64,000 nt of DNA from an uncultured Oxalobacteraceae bacterium (GTDB lineage Bacteria; Pseudomonadota; Gammaproteobacteria; Burkholderiales; Burkholderiaceae_D): positions 80,425 through 144,424 of the forward strand of contig CAITOF010000042.1 in NCBI GenBank assembly GCA_903893945.1, given 5' to 3'. How positions within the stretch are numbered: the stretch's first letter is position 1; each line of letters begins with the position of its first letter. Positions 1 through 10,344 of this stretch are shown one piece after another. The notes beneath the pieces are model-generated. The model had not been told where the DNA came from, did not search any database, and was given only the letters and a program-made list of their open reading frames with translations. A program made the position numbers and the translations under genes.

Positions 1-1410
1 CGGTTTGCCGTCACGCACAATGATGGTCGGCGTCATCGAACTTAAGGGGCGTTTGCCTGGCGCAATGGCATTCGCTTTACCCTGTATCAGTCCGTACATG
101 TTGGGTTCACCCACTTTCGACGTGAAATCGTCCATTTCGTCGTTCAGCAACACGCCGGTATTGGCTGCCGTTACTTTGGCACCGAACCAGTCATTGAGCG
201 TGTAGGTGACAGACACCGCGTTACCGTCTTTATCGATGATGGAATAGTGGGTGGTATTGTGGCCCTCATGAGGTGGCGTACCGGTCTGAATCTGACTGGA
301 AACACCCGCTTTGGTCATGCTGATGCTGGCCCGGAGCTGCGCTGCATAGTCTTTGCTCAGCAGGTGGTCCACCGGGTTATGGACAAAATCGGGGTCACCC
401 AGATAGTTATTCCGGTCGACGTAGGCATGGCGCATCGCTTCGATCTCAACATGGGTTGCGCGTGCCGACCCGAAACCCCATTCACCAAGAGGATAACCTT
501 CCAGAACCGACAGAATCTGGCACAGGGTCACACCGCCCGAACTTGGGGGTGGTGCCGAGACGATCTGATAGCCGCGGTAACTGCACTCGATCGGCGTCAG
601 CTCACGTGCCTGATAGTGAATCAGGTCATCTGCCGTCAGGATCCCTTTGCCGTTTTTGAAGGCCAGGACCAGGTTCCTGGCCACAGCGCCCTTGTAAAAC
701 CCGTCCCTGCCCTGCTGACTGACAGCCTCCAGCGTGGTGGCCAGGTCATGCTGAATCAATTTTTCACCCGCTTTGAAAGGGCGGCCATGATTCAGAAAAA
801 TTCTGCCGGACGGCGCGTCGCTCAAAAAATAACTTGTGGTGGTTTCCAGCATGTCCACGTCACCCTGGTCCAGAACAAATCCGTTTCTGGCCAGGCTGAT
901 GGCCGGCGCAATCAGCGTTTGCCGGTTTAATTTGCCGTATTTTTCGCGCGCCAGCTCCAGACCGGCCACGGTGCCCGGTACCGCCGCAGACAGATAGCCA
1001 TCGGCGCTCAGGTTGGGAATGAGGTTGCCAGCTGTATCGAGATACATGTCTGCACTGGCCGCCAGCGGCGCCTTTTCCCGGAAATCAATGAATTTTTTGC
1101 GTCCATCGGCAAGGGCTATCGTCATGAAGCCACCGCCCCCGATATTGCCGGCGGCGGGATACACCACGGCCAGCGCATACCCGACCGCAACGGCGGCATC
1201 GACCGCGTTGCCCCCTTTTCTCAGCACCTGCACGCCGACCCGGGTTGCATACTGATGGGCTGTGACCACCATACCATGCTGCGCGGCGACCGGCGCGACG
1301 GACGCGGCCTGTGCCACAGCACCGGCGCAAACAACGGCCACGACACTGGCAAGGGAAAACCATCGTCCCCAAGACTGGGTGGCGTGGCGGCTTGATAAGA
1401 ATACTCGCAT
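1..1410 (-). CDS. ggt: Gamma-glutamyltransferase (runs off the left edge)
   Basis: Not in the ORF track; translated by hand from ATG at 1410. Signal peptide, then HGMVVTAHQYATRVGVQVLRKGGNAVDAAVAVGYALAVVYPAAGNIGGGGF, catalytic-Thr motif NTTHYSIIDKDGNAVSVTYTLNDWFG, and NAIAPGKRPLSSMTPT. Confidence 0.95.
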   Translation of the reverse strand, partial: MRVFLSSRHATQSWGRWFSLASVVAVVCAGAVAQAASVAPVAAQHGMVVTAHQYATRVGVQVLRKGGNAVDAAVAVGYALAVVYPAAGNIGGGGFMTIALADGRKKFIDFREKAPLAASADMYLDTAGNLIPNLSADGYLSAAVPGTVAGLELAREKYGKLNRQTLIAPAISLARNGFVLDQGDVDMLETTTSYFLSDAPSGRIFLNHGRPFKAGEKLIQHDLATTLEAVSQQGRDGFYKGAVARNLVLAFKNGKGILTADDLIHYQARELTPIECSYRGYQIVSAPPPSSGGVTLCQILSVLEGYPLGEWGFGSARATHVEIEAMRHAYVDRNNYLGDPDFVHNPVDHLLSKDYAAQLRASISMTKAGVSSQIQTGTPPHEGHNTTHYSIIDKDGNAVSVTYTLNDWFGAKVTAANTGVLLNDEMDDFTSKVGEPNMYGLIQGKANAIAPGKRPLSSMTPTIIVRDGKP

Positions 1411-1839
1411 GGCTGTTGGCTTTCAAAAAATCCGGGTTAACCTCGCTGGCGGGCGGCATTGGTGCATCTCCGCGTGACATGCGCAGATTATGCGCATTAA
1501 CAGGCTCGGCGGCAACTGCTCCCGCCCCGTTTATGCAGCGCCTGGCCGTTCGACCCGGTTCCGCTCTGCGTGCTCCGGTCGGTCTGGCAGCGCGTCCGTT
1601 CGATAAACACCGCGGCAAACGTCGCCAGATGGCCTCGCTTTGTCCTGCGCTGAGGAAAAGATATACGGCGTTCATCACGGCCAACCTGGCAAAAAAGGAT
1701 AAATTATTTTTAAAACTACTCTTTTTGTTATGAGTTCTTGTCTGGTAAATAAATTAATCTGATCTGGGTCCGTCATGGGCTTGCTAATGTGTGGCTTTCA
1801 GTTAACCATTACGGAAACAACTCTGAACTGGTAAGCGCG

Positions 1840-2544
1840 ATGATCACACTACGACTGTCCCGGGAACGCGGTTATGCCGACCACGGCTGGCTGAAGAGCT
1901 ATCACTCTTTTTCATTTGCAGGCTATTACGACCCCGCCTACATGGGCTGGGGAAATTTGCGGGTAATTAACGAAGACCGGATTGCAGCCGGAAGCGGCTT
2001 CGGCACACACAGTCATCGCGATATGGAAATTATCAGCTACGTCATTTCAGGGGCGCTGGCCCATAAAGACAGCATGGGCACCGGCACATCCATTCCGCCG
2101 GGCGATGTGCAGCGCATGAGCGCCGGTAGCGGCGTTTCGCACAGCGAGTTCAATCACTCCAGCGAACAAACAACCCATTTTTTCCAGATCTGGATCGAAC
2201 CCGACAGGCTCGGCCTGCCTCCCAGTTATGCGCAAAAAACCTTTACCGACCAGGACAAGCGCGGCAAACTGCGCCTGCTTGCGTCACCCGATGGCGCGGA
2301 CAATTCGATTTCCATACATGCAGACGCCTCGCTGTACGCAGGACTGTTTGATGGCGACGACCCATGGACCATGCCACTGGATCCAGAACGTAAAGCCTAC
2401 CTGCATCTGGTACGGGGCACCATCCAGGTTAATGGCCATGCATTGCAGGCGGGCGACGCAGCGCTGATAGCCAATGAATCGGCACTGACACTGTCTGACC
2501 CCAAACAGGCTGAAGTGCTTTTTTTTGATCTGGCGGCTACCTAG
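1840..2544 (+). CDS. Pirin-family (YhhW-like) cupin protein
   Basis: RGYADHGWLKSYHSFSFA, FGTHSHRDMEIISYV, VQRMSAGSGVSHSEFN, FFQIWIEP. Start placed at the second Met (1840). Confidence 0.93.
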   Translation: MITLRLSRERGYADHGWLKSYHSFSFAGYYDPAYMGWGNLRVINEDRIAAGSGFGTHSHRDMEIISYVISGALAHKDSMGTGTSIPPGDVQRMSAGSGVSHSEFNHSSEQTTHFFQIWIEPDRLGLPPSYAQKTFTDQDKRGKLRLLASPDGADNSISIHADASLYAGLFDGDDPWTMPLDPERKAYLHLVRGTIQVNGHALQAGDAALIANESALTLSDPKQAEVLFFDLAAT

Positions 2545-2564
2545 ACTGGTCGCCAGCCACCTGT

Positions 2565-3395
2565 TCATGCGCGTTGCCAGAGTACCGGAAACAGCGGATG
2601 TTCCATGACCGATCCGGCCGGTAACTGCTCACGCAATCCGGGAAATTCGGGCGACGTGGCCCAGTCGCGGGGCGCATGACGAATGTCGTCGCCCATGAAA
2701 CGGACCGAGAATACCCGACGTCGCCGGTCACCGTCGACACCGCCCGCCGCATGCAGTGTCAGCATGTGAAAACAGACCACGTCACCCGGCTCGACCTCCC
2801 AGCCCAGAATCGGAAACCGCTCGCGTGCTCCCTCGATATCGGGCAGATCGGCAAGCTGCCCCTCCGGGAACCATTTGGCCTGATTATCCATAAATGTGCG
2901 GGGCATCAGCCACGGGCCCTTATGCGATCCCGCCACAAATTCCAGAGTCGAATGACGCCGCACCGGATCGACCGCTATCCACATACTACAGCTCTGCGAA
3001 CCTTGTATGTTGTAATAGGGCTGGTCCTGATGCCATGGCGTGCGTTTGGTCGTGCCAGGCTCTTTGACCAGCATGTGGTCGTGGTACAGCCGCGCCGTAT
3101 TACTCTGCATCAGGCGTGCGGCCACCGCGCCGACCGGCGACTCCATAATAAAGCCGCGATAGTCCTCATTGGTCTGCCAATTGCAGAAATCTTCCAGAAA
3201 TGTACCCGGGGTGCCGGGCTCATTGGCCACTTTAGCGCGTTCACTTGGCCGGGCTATATTGGCGTCAATGCCGTTTCTGAGCCGATTGATTTCCCCTTCA
3301 TTGAGCAAGTTGCGCAGACAGATCGCGCCGTCGCGTTCAAATGCCCGGATCTGTTCAGGTGTAACGCCAGCCATGGCGCGTTGCATAGTATCCAT
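2565..3395 (-). CDS. Phytanoyl-CoA dioxygenase (PhyH)-family Fe(II)/2OG dioxygenase
   Basis: TPWHQDQPYY (HxD), distal His in FHMLTLHAAGG, RRVFSVRF. Confidence 0.88.
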   Translation of the reverse strand: MDTMQRAMAGVTPEQIRAFERDGAICLRNLLNEGEINRLRNGIDANIARPSERAKVANEPGTPGTFLEDFCNWQTNEDYRGFIMESPVGAVAARLMQSNTARLYHDHMLVKEPGTTKRTPWHQDQPYYNIQGSQSCSMWIAVDPVRRHSTLEFVAGSHKGPWLMPRTFMDNQAKWFPEGQLADLPDIEGARERFPILGWEVEPGDVVCFHMLTLHAAGGVDGDRRRRVFSVRFMGDDIRHAPRDWATSPEFPGLREQLPAGSVMEHPLFPVLWQRA

Positions 3396-3687
3396 TTTAA
3401 TTTTCCTGTCGGGTCTGGCCCAGGTTCAATGCCACAGGCCGGCCGGCTGATCGTCATGAAACCGATTCCGGACAGCCGCTGATTCATGGATCATCGCATT
3501 TTTTGGCAACTATGGATAACTTTATTGATCTCCAGCGCGTTTTTCATTAGTATCACTGCGGTGTTGAAATAAATTCATGTTTCTGCTGAATCTGCTTTTT
3601 TTCGGAAACTGACCGGATTTTGACGTCTGTTTTTCTTCTGCGCCCGGTACCGGATGCAGAGCCTACCCATTGCAATGGAGTCACACC

Positions 3688-4503
3688 ATGAAAAGAATCA
3701 AGCATGCGATGTTGTTGCTGTCCCTGTTATCCACCCTTGGTGCCGTACCGGCATGGGCCGACGATGCCCTGCAGGCCGTGATCAACGGGGCGCAACGTTC
3801 TGACGCCCACAAGGCGCGCGACGCAGCGCGTCATCCGCAGCAGACACTGGAATTTTTCGGCATCACTCCCACCATGACGGTCGTGGAACTGAATCCGGGC
3901 GGCGGCTGGTACACCGAAATCCTGGCGCCCTATCTGCGGGCCGGCGGACACCTGATTGAAGCGTTTCCCGACCCCAAATCGAAGGACGAAGAAAATCGCA
4001 ACGATGCCGCCGGCATACAGAAAAAAATGAAAGCCAGTCCGGAGCTTTACGACAAGGTAAAAACGGCAACCTTTGAACCACCTGAAAAGATAAAATTTGC
4101 CAGCGATAACAGCGTGGATCTGGTGCTGACTTTCCGCAACGTGCATAACTGGGTGGGCTTTGGCGACGAGAAAATGCAGGCGCTGTTCAGGAGTGTGTTC
4201 AAGAGCCTGAAAAAGGGCGGCGTATTCGGTGTCGTTGACCATCGCCTGCCGGCTGACAGGGTACAGGACAAAGACGCATCATCCGGTTATGTTCTGGAAG
4301 CCTATGTGATCAGGCTCGCTGAAGGCGCCGGATTCAGACTCGCGGCAAAGTCCGAGATCAATGCCAATCCAAAAGATAATGCCGATCACAAGAATGGCGT
4401 CTGGGCTCTGCCGCCCACGTTCGGCAACCGGGAGGAGGATCACGACTTGTATGCCAACATAGGCGAAAGTGACCGTATGACGCTGAAATTTGTGAAACCC
4501 TAG
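3688..4503 (+). CDS. Exported class I SAM-dependent methyltransferase-like protein (COG4798 type)
   Basis: Signal peptide (AVPAWA-D); RDAARHPQQTLEFFGI, VVELNPGGGWYT, VLTFRNVHNW, LKKGGVFGVVDH, DRMTLKFVKP. Confidence 0.8.
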   Translation: MKRIKHAMLLLSLLSTLGAVPAWADDALQAVINGAQRSDAHKARDAARHPQQTLEFFGITPTMTVVELNPGGGWYTEILAPYLRAGGHLIEAFPDPKSKDEENRNDAAGIQKKMKASPELYDKVKTATFEPPEKIKFASDNSVDLVLTFRNVHNWVGFGDEKMQALFRSVFKSLKKGGVFGVVDHRLPADRVQDKDASSGYVLEAYVIRLAEGAGFRLAAKSEINANPKDNADHKNGVWALPPTFGNREEDHDLYANIGESDRMTLKFVKP

Positions 4504-4588
4504 CTAGCGGTCCGCGCGGTTCGCACCGGGCGGAGCGGATCAGCCCGCCTGACATCCGTGCCGGTCCCGGGTTAGGCGTGACTGTACA

Positions 4589-6673
4589 TTACCAGATGTT
4601 AACCTGGTCCGGTTTCGGCCGGTACATCGGTTGCCCGGGCTTCACATTGAACGCTTCGTGAAAATCCGAAATCACCGACATGGGACCAATCACACGCCAT
4701 TTTGCCGGCGAATGCACATCCGACAGCAACGCTGTGCGCAAGGCGGCCTCGCGCGCCTGTGACCGGTTGCTTAGGGCAGCGCCCATAAAGAATCGCTGCA
4801 TGGGCGTTAAACCGCCCAGCAGGTTTCCCTGCTTGAACTGCTGCGTGGTCCTGAACGCACCGATCGCCAGCAGCAGGCCGCCATGGTCCGCTATGTTCTC
4901 GCCTTCCGTGGCCCTGCCATTGATGTGTAATCCACTGACCGGTTCGTAGGCGTTGAACTGCCTGATGATCAGGTCGGCACGCTCGGCGTATTGCCGGGCG
5001 TCGTCTTCATTCCACCAGTCGCTGAGATTGCCGGCGGCATCATACAGGCGGCCTGAATCGTCGAAACCATGGGTGATTTCGTGCCCTATCGTTGCACCTG
5101 AATAGCCGTAGGCAACAGCATCATCAATTGCCTCATCGTCCACACCCGGAATCATAAAAATGACAGCAGGCATGACGATTTCATTATTTGACGGACTGTA
5201 GTAGGCATTGAAGGTTTGCGGTGTCATCGACCATTCGGTACGATCGACCGGCCTGCCATAGTGGTCCAGCATATCCCTGAAACGCCAGCGATTGGCGTTC
5301 AGCATATTGGTCGCATAGGATACCCGCCCGACCGTCAGCCCGGTGTATTCCTGCCACCGGTCCGGATAGCCCACTTTCGCATTGATGGCCGCCAGTTTTT
5401 TTCTTGCCATGACCTTGGTGGGTTCACTCATCCAGTCAAGCTGATTGATGCGCTCGAGGTAGGCCGACCGGATGGATTCAACAAGTTTTACATAACGCTG
5501 TTTTACGGCGTCAGGAAAATTTTCCCTGACGTACAGTCGACCGGTCAACATGCCCATCGCAGCGTCCTGCACGTCCAGCACACGTTTCCAGCGGGGACGC
5601 TGTTGCTGCTGTCCGTTTAACACCTGCCCGGTAAAGCGGAATGATTCATTGTCAAAGGCACGACTGAGATAGGTCGAGTAATCATTCACGAGTCTGAGCA
5701 GCAGATAATTCCGTAACACCGATACCGGCGTGTTTTCCAGCTGATTCTGAAGGCTGCTGAAATACTCGGGCTGCCCCACGATGAGCGTATCCGCATGCAA
5801 TTGCCAGCGCGCCAGATAATCGTTCCAGTGTATCGACGGTGTATGGTGCATGGTAAATTCGGCGACGGCCAGCTTGTGATAATTCGCCAGCGGATCATTC
5901 AGGTCTTCAAGCTTGCGCGAGGCCTTGGCCAGCGCGGTTTCAAAGTCCATGACCTGAGCCGCCGAATGTCTGGCCACCCTGGCACTAACACCGCATAACT
6001 GCAGCAGCCGCGCGAGGTGACTGACATAGGCTGTGCGTATCGCTGCGATGTCGCGGTCCGGATTCACATAGAAATCACGATCCGGAAGGCCCAGTCCGCC
6101 CTGTGATACATGAATCGCCATGACATCACTGGCGGTTTCATCCTGGGCCACGCCAATATCAAAGAACGTCCTCACTTCAATTTCGCGCAACCGGAATGCC
6201 GTGTCAATGGCATCCTGAACCGTGCTGATTTTATGAATACGCCCGATTTCAGCGTCGAGTGGATGAATACCCTGAGCGTCGGCGGTTCGGGTGTCCATGG
6301 CGGCGGTCCAGAAGTCGCCTATTTTCTGCAGATCTGTGCCATCCGGTGAACCAGTGCTGGCCGCGGTCTGGTTGATTTTCAGAAGTTTCTGGTAAACCTG
6401 TTCCTGCACCTCGTTTTCTATGCCCCACGAGGGTTCCGAGGGCGGCACCGGATTTCGCTTTAACCAGCCACCATTCACGTACTGAAAAAAATCCACCGCC
6501 GGACTGACCGAGGTATCCGCCCCCGACCACAGAAAGTCGGGCTTGCCGCTGCTCTGAACGGTCCCGGTGTCGCTCGCAGCCGCCCGGTTCATCGTTGCCA
6601 TCGCCAGCACCAGCACCACGCTGAGCGCGACGCCGACTTTTCTGTGCATGCTCTGCATCATGGAGTTCGTCAT
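4589..6673 (-). CDS. M13-family (neprilysin/endothelin-converting enzyme-like) metallopeptidase, exported
   Basis: VNAYY-like FNAYYSP, zinc motif GHEITHGFD, GENIAD. Start uncertain (6673, or 6721 with an AGGA RBS). Confidence 0.92.
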   Translation of the reverse strand: MTNSMMQSMHRKVGVALSVVLVLAMATMNRAAASDTGTVQSSGKPDFLWSGADTSVSPAVDFFQYVNGGWLKRNPVPPSEPSWGIENEVQEQVYQKLLKINQTAASTGSPDGTDLQKIGDFWTAAMDTRTADAQGIHPLDAEIGRIHKISTVQDAIDTAFRLREIEVRTFFDIGVAQDETASDVMAIHVSQGGLGLPDRDFYVNPDRDIAAIRTAYVSHLARLLQLCGVSARVARHSAAQVMDFETALAKASRKLEDLNDPLANYHKLAVAEFTMHHTPSIHWNDYLARWQLHADTLIVGQPEYFSSLQNQLENTPVSVLRNYLLLRLVNDYSTYLSRAFDNESFRFTGQVLNGQQQQRPRWKRVLDVQDAAMGMLTGRLYVRENFPDAVKQRYVKLVESIRSAYLERINQLDWMSEPTKVMARKKLAAINAKVGYPDRWQEYTGLTVGRVSYATNMLNANRWRFRDMLDHYGRPVDRTEWSMTPQTFNAYYSPSNNEIVMPAVIFMIPGVDDEAIDDAVAYGYSGATIGHEITHGFDDSGRLYDAAGNLSDWWNEDDARQYAERADLIIRQFNAYEPVSGLHINGRATEGENIADHGGLLLAIGAFRTTQQFKQGNLLGGLTPMQRFFMGAALSNRSQAREAALRTALLSDVHSPAKWRVIGPMSVISDFHEAFNVKPGQPMYRPKPDQVNIW

Positions 6674-6689
6674 CGCAGGTATGCCGGGA

Positions 6690-8921
6690 TCATTGACCGG
6701 GATGGTAGGTGCGTTCGGCATGTTTCCTGACGTCGTCCTCGTAATACAGCACATCCTTGAATTCTGCCCGGCTGTATCGTTCCGCCTGATCGTTGAAATG
6801 CGCTGACGCCGGGTCACCGCTTTCACCGCCGGCCAGCATGCTCTTGGCATGTATTTTCGGGCCAAATTCGACCACGGCGACAAAGCTGTTGCCAACGTCA
6901 CCGTATATGCGCCGGGTTTTTCCCGGCGTCCTCGACTCAAACGACGCCAGCGAACCCCAGACAGAAGCAGTAAATGGCACCGGCAGACTGGGTTTTGAAT
7001 CATCGAAATCCTGCACGATGTCGCCGCTTACATGCTGGAACCGATTGATCTCACCCCAGGGTGTTTTCCAGCTGCCGAAATCCTGTTCCAGCCTGGCGGA
7101 CACGAGGGCCAGTGATGCCAGCTTTTCCTGACGGCTGGTATTTGCCATCATGAAGTCAAAGATCTCCCAACTGTCTTTGCTGACATTTTTTTCATTGGCC
7201 TGGTGGTCGATTTTCTTCATCATGTCCTGCCCCCAGCAAACTGCCAGCGCCGTCGCCACCGAATCGCCCGCAAAGCGCAAATCCCATGCACGCAGCAGAT
7301 CAATCTGCGGCTTTAACTGTGCCTTGAGCGGGTCTGCCCCGTCTGTTTCATCCCACGCTTTGACCAGCGCCGGTACCAGTACCTCGAACGCCGGCAGATA
7401 GCTGTCATACGCCGCGCTGATTAAACTGTCCAGTGTAAAGTTATGCTGGTTCTGCAGCACCCGCACAGCATGAAAGCCCCGCGCATTGGCCGGATTGGTC
7501 CACATATACGATGGATAATCTTCCTTTTTGGGACTGTAGTCACCCGCTGCAGTAAAAGGGGCGTTGTTGGTGTTCTGAATCCAGCCACTTTTCGGATTGA
7601 ACAGCGTAATCGTGTCTTTAACGTCGTGCAAGCCATGCCATTCGGTATCCGGGTTGCTGCCGTCGACCGGCTGGCTCCAGTCAAAGCGGGGGTCACGTTT
7701 CGGCACAAAATTGCCATTAAAAAAGGCGATATTGCCGTCCGCGTCGGCATACACGGTGTTATTGGATGAATTGGTACGCAACTCCATTACCCGATAAAAT
7801 TGCGCATAGTTTTTTGCGCGGGTCCGCGAATACGATTGCATCAGGGCCTTCATCGGTTCCTGCATCAGGCGCACGGCGACCCACTGGTTGCCGGCCTTGC
7901 GCACGATGGGTCCATGCTGACTGTAATAGACCGTGACCTTTTTTTCCGCCATCTGACCCGCGGTTTTGTAGCGCAGCACTTTTGTGACGGCCTTCAGGGG
8001 GCGCTGCTCCGTTCCAAACTTATACACGAAACCGGCGCCGTCCTTGGCACGAGTCACCGTTTCCAGATATTCGTCGATCACATTCGCGCCACCCGACGTA
8101 TGCATCCAGCCAACGCGGGAATTGAATCCCTGATAAATAAAGAACTGTCCCCATGTCACCGCGCCGTAGGCGTTCAGGCCCGTCTTGCTGATCATGTGAA
8201 CTTCGGGCCGAAAATAAAATGAGGTATGCGGATTAATCAGCAGCAGGGCGTGGCCGGATTCGGTGAGGGACGGTGCAATCGCAAAGCCATTCGAGCCACC
8301 GGGTTCCGGGTTGGCCTTGACAGGTTTCCGGTCGGACTGGTCAAGAGCCACCAGCGTGGCTGCGGCACCATAGAACTGTTCAAGCTGCTTCAGATCGATA
8401 TCTTCAATATCGCCGCCAATACTGCCTTCACTGAAAGTGAGTGCCATCCAGGGTTCAAAATGTGTCAACAGTTTCGGATGAACCTCGGGGTGTGTATACA
8501 GATAGAAATTCAGACCGTCCGCAAAACTGTCCATCAGTTTCCTGAGCCACAGGGGACTGGCCTTGTATCTGGCCTGCATGTCGGCCGGATCAATAAACAG
8601 TTTCATGCGCAGGTCACTGTACAGTGCAGACTCGCCTTCCACTTCGGCCATACGACCGACGGCATTGATGTAGTTACGTTCGATCCGGTTAAAGCTGTCT
8701 TCGGCCTGGGCATACAGCACACCGAAAACGGCATCCGCGTCGGTGTCACCGTAGACGTGCGGAATACCCCAATTGTCACGGATAATCTGCACGTGCTGCG
8801 CCTGTGCCTTCCAGCGTTTCAGTTCAGCCTGGTCAGGGCTGGCCAGCGCTGTGCCGGTAACGGCGGCCAGGCACAGGAGCGATACAAGTCGGGCAGACAA
8901 TCTTAAACTGGGTTTCAACAT
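6690..8921 (-). CDS. Penicillin/acyl-homoserine-lactone acylase family (Ntn hydrolase), exported
   Basis: IIRDNWGIPHVYG, YAQAED, beta-chain nucleophile motif GSNGFAIAP...LLLINPH; signal peptide. Confidence 0.9.
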   Translation of the reverse strand: MLKPSLRLSARLVSLLCLAAVTGTALASPDQAELKRWKAQAQHVQIIRDNWGIPHVYGDTDADAVFGVLYAQAEDSFNRIERNYINAVGRMAEVEGESALYSDLRMKLFIDPADMQARYKASPLWLRKLMDSFADGLNFYLYTHPEVHPKLLTHFEPWMALTFSEGSIGGDIEDIDLKQLEQFYGAAATLVALDQSDRKPVKANPEPGGSNGFAIAPSLTESGHALLLINPHTSFYFRPEVHMISKTGLNAYGAVTWGQFFIYQGFNSRVGWMHTSGGANVIDEYLETVTRAKDGAGFVYKFGTEQRPLKAVTKVLRYKTAGQMAEKKVTVYYSQHGPIVRKAGNQWVAVRLMQEPMKALMQSYSRTRAKNYAQFYRVMELRTNSSNNTVYADADGNIAFFNGNFVPKRDPRFDWSQPVDGSNPDTEWHGLHDVKDTITLFNPKSGWIQNTNNAPFTAAGDYSPKKEDYPSYMWTNPANARGFHAVRVLQNQHNFTLDSLISAAYDSYLPAFEVLVPALVKAWDETDGADPLKAQLKPQIDLLRAWDLRFAGDSVATALAVCWGQDMMKKIDHQANEKNVSKDSWEIFDFMMANTSRQEKLASLALVSARLEQDFGSWKTPWGEINRFQHVSGDIVQDFDDSKPSLPVPFTASVWGSLASFESRTPGKTRRIYGDVGNSFVAVVEFGPKIHAKSMLAGGESGDPASAHFNDQAERYSRAEFKDVLYYEDDVRKHAERTYHPGQ

Positions 8922-9274
8922 GGGCTTACTCCCTTCTGGTTAATCGAACAGCCAAATAATGCAGAATCAACCGTTGCTGTCGTGGTGCAGAATTTGCAGA
9001 CGATGCCGGGTTTTGCAGTCCTGTAGGCTAAGATGCCAACCTCGACCGTGTCAAGTTGAATTACTCAATCAGCCGGCGCGCTGTTGTTATCCGTTTTTCA
9101 GTGATAAACAAGTATTAATCTGCACTGGGTCGAAATCCGGCCTATTATGGATTATAGTAAGGGCAAATGACTTACATCAAATTGATTTATTGTTTTAGCA
9201 TTTTGGCAGAACAGCGTTCCTGTTGGCAGGCCCGGCGACATGGATGAATTCCACCCCTCAACCGTAAACCAGGC

Positions 9275-10102
9275 ATGCCAGACCTTCCTTCAGCGACCTT
9301 CCCGTTCCCTGCCCTGCTCCGTACCCGGGGTCTGAAGGGCTGCACGGCGCTGGCTGTCATGTTGATTCTGGCAGCCTGTTTCGCCACGGGGTCGCATGCC
9401 ACTGACATTTCGGTTTGCGTGGATCAGGATTCACCGCCGACGGCCTATTGGGCACGTGATGCACAGGGTAACAAGACCGATGTGCTGACCGGTTCCTCCA
9501 TCGAACTGTTTCGCACCGTATTTGCCCGTATGGGCCTTAATGTTACCTACCTGGCCAGCATGCCCTGGGTCCGATGCATGAAAACGGTTGAAGTCGGCAG
9601 CGTCAATTTCGCGATTGACGCCTATATAGATAAAGACCGGCAGCAACTGTTTGTTTTTTCTATTCCCTATCAAACGTTCACACCCCAGGTATTTTTTGAT
9701 GCAAACCGGCCGGTCAGTGTGACGTCAAAAGCCGATCTGAAAAAATACAAGGGCTGCGGCATGCTGGGCTGGAGCTACGAACATTACGGCCTGAACCCCG
9801 CTGATCTGGACCTTGGCGTCAATGAATATAAACAGTTGTTCGCGAAATTGAAGGCGGGCCGCTGTGACTATTTTGTTGAAGAACTGGAAGCCATTGCCGG
9901 CTTTAAACTCCTTGGGTTCAATTACCTCGACGACCCGGAAATAAAACACGGTGCCCTGACCGATGTCGAAGGCGCCAGGTTATTTCTGATCGCCGGGAAG
10001 CATTCCAGTTCGGCCCGACTGGTCCCGGAGATCGACAGGGTATTGCAGGGTATGCTTGCCTCCGGTGAAGTGGCAAGAATTATTGCAAAGTACCAGCCCT
10101 GA
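9275..10102 (+). CDS. Orphan periplasmic solute-binding protein (family 3 type)
   Basis: Signal-like segment, GSSIELFRTVFARMG, PWVRCMKTVEVG, KLKAGRCDYF. No permease or ATPase adjacent. Start uncertain. Confidence 0.75.
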   Translation: MPDLPSATFPFPALLRTRGLKGCTALAVMLILAACFATGSHATDISVCVDQDSPPTAYWARDAQGNKTDVLTGSSIELFRTVFARMGLNVTYLASMPWVRCMKTVEVGSVNFAIDAYIDKDRQQLFVFSIPYQTFTPQVFFDANRPVSVTSKADLKKYKGCGMLGWSYEHYGLNPADLDLGVNEYKQLFAKLKAGRCDYFVEELEAIAGFKLLGFNYLDDPEIKHGALTDVEGARLFLIAGKHSSSARLVPEIDRVLQGMLASGEVARIIAKYQP

Positions 10103-10344
10103 CAATAAACCGGAATCGCATGCCATGCTGAACTGATTTTGATCAACAGTTGTAATTTTAATCACTATCAGGCACGCTTTGCCACACAGTGCAGGTGGCC
10201 ATCCGCTTACCCGGGCACGACAGTCGCCTGCGCGCGTTGCCGATACAGGGTGTGTCGCCTGAAAATACTGCCGGCTGATGGTGCAAGGTAAATTAACGGA
10301 TATAATTTACCCACAACTTAACCCGAGACCCTCCAGACCCGACG

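Noticed and set aside
247-930. 227-aa plus-strand ORF and the many other long alternative-frame ORFs (e.g. 25127-26422, 46398-47498)
   Set aside because: They are antisense or frame shadows of well-supported genes (ggt, amidase, oxc) in GC-rich DNA and have no recognisable motifs.
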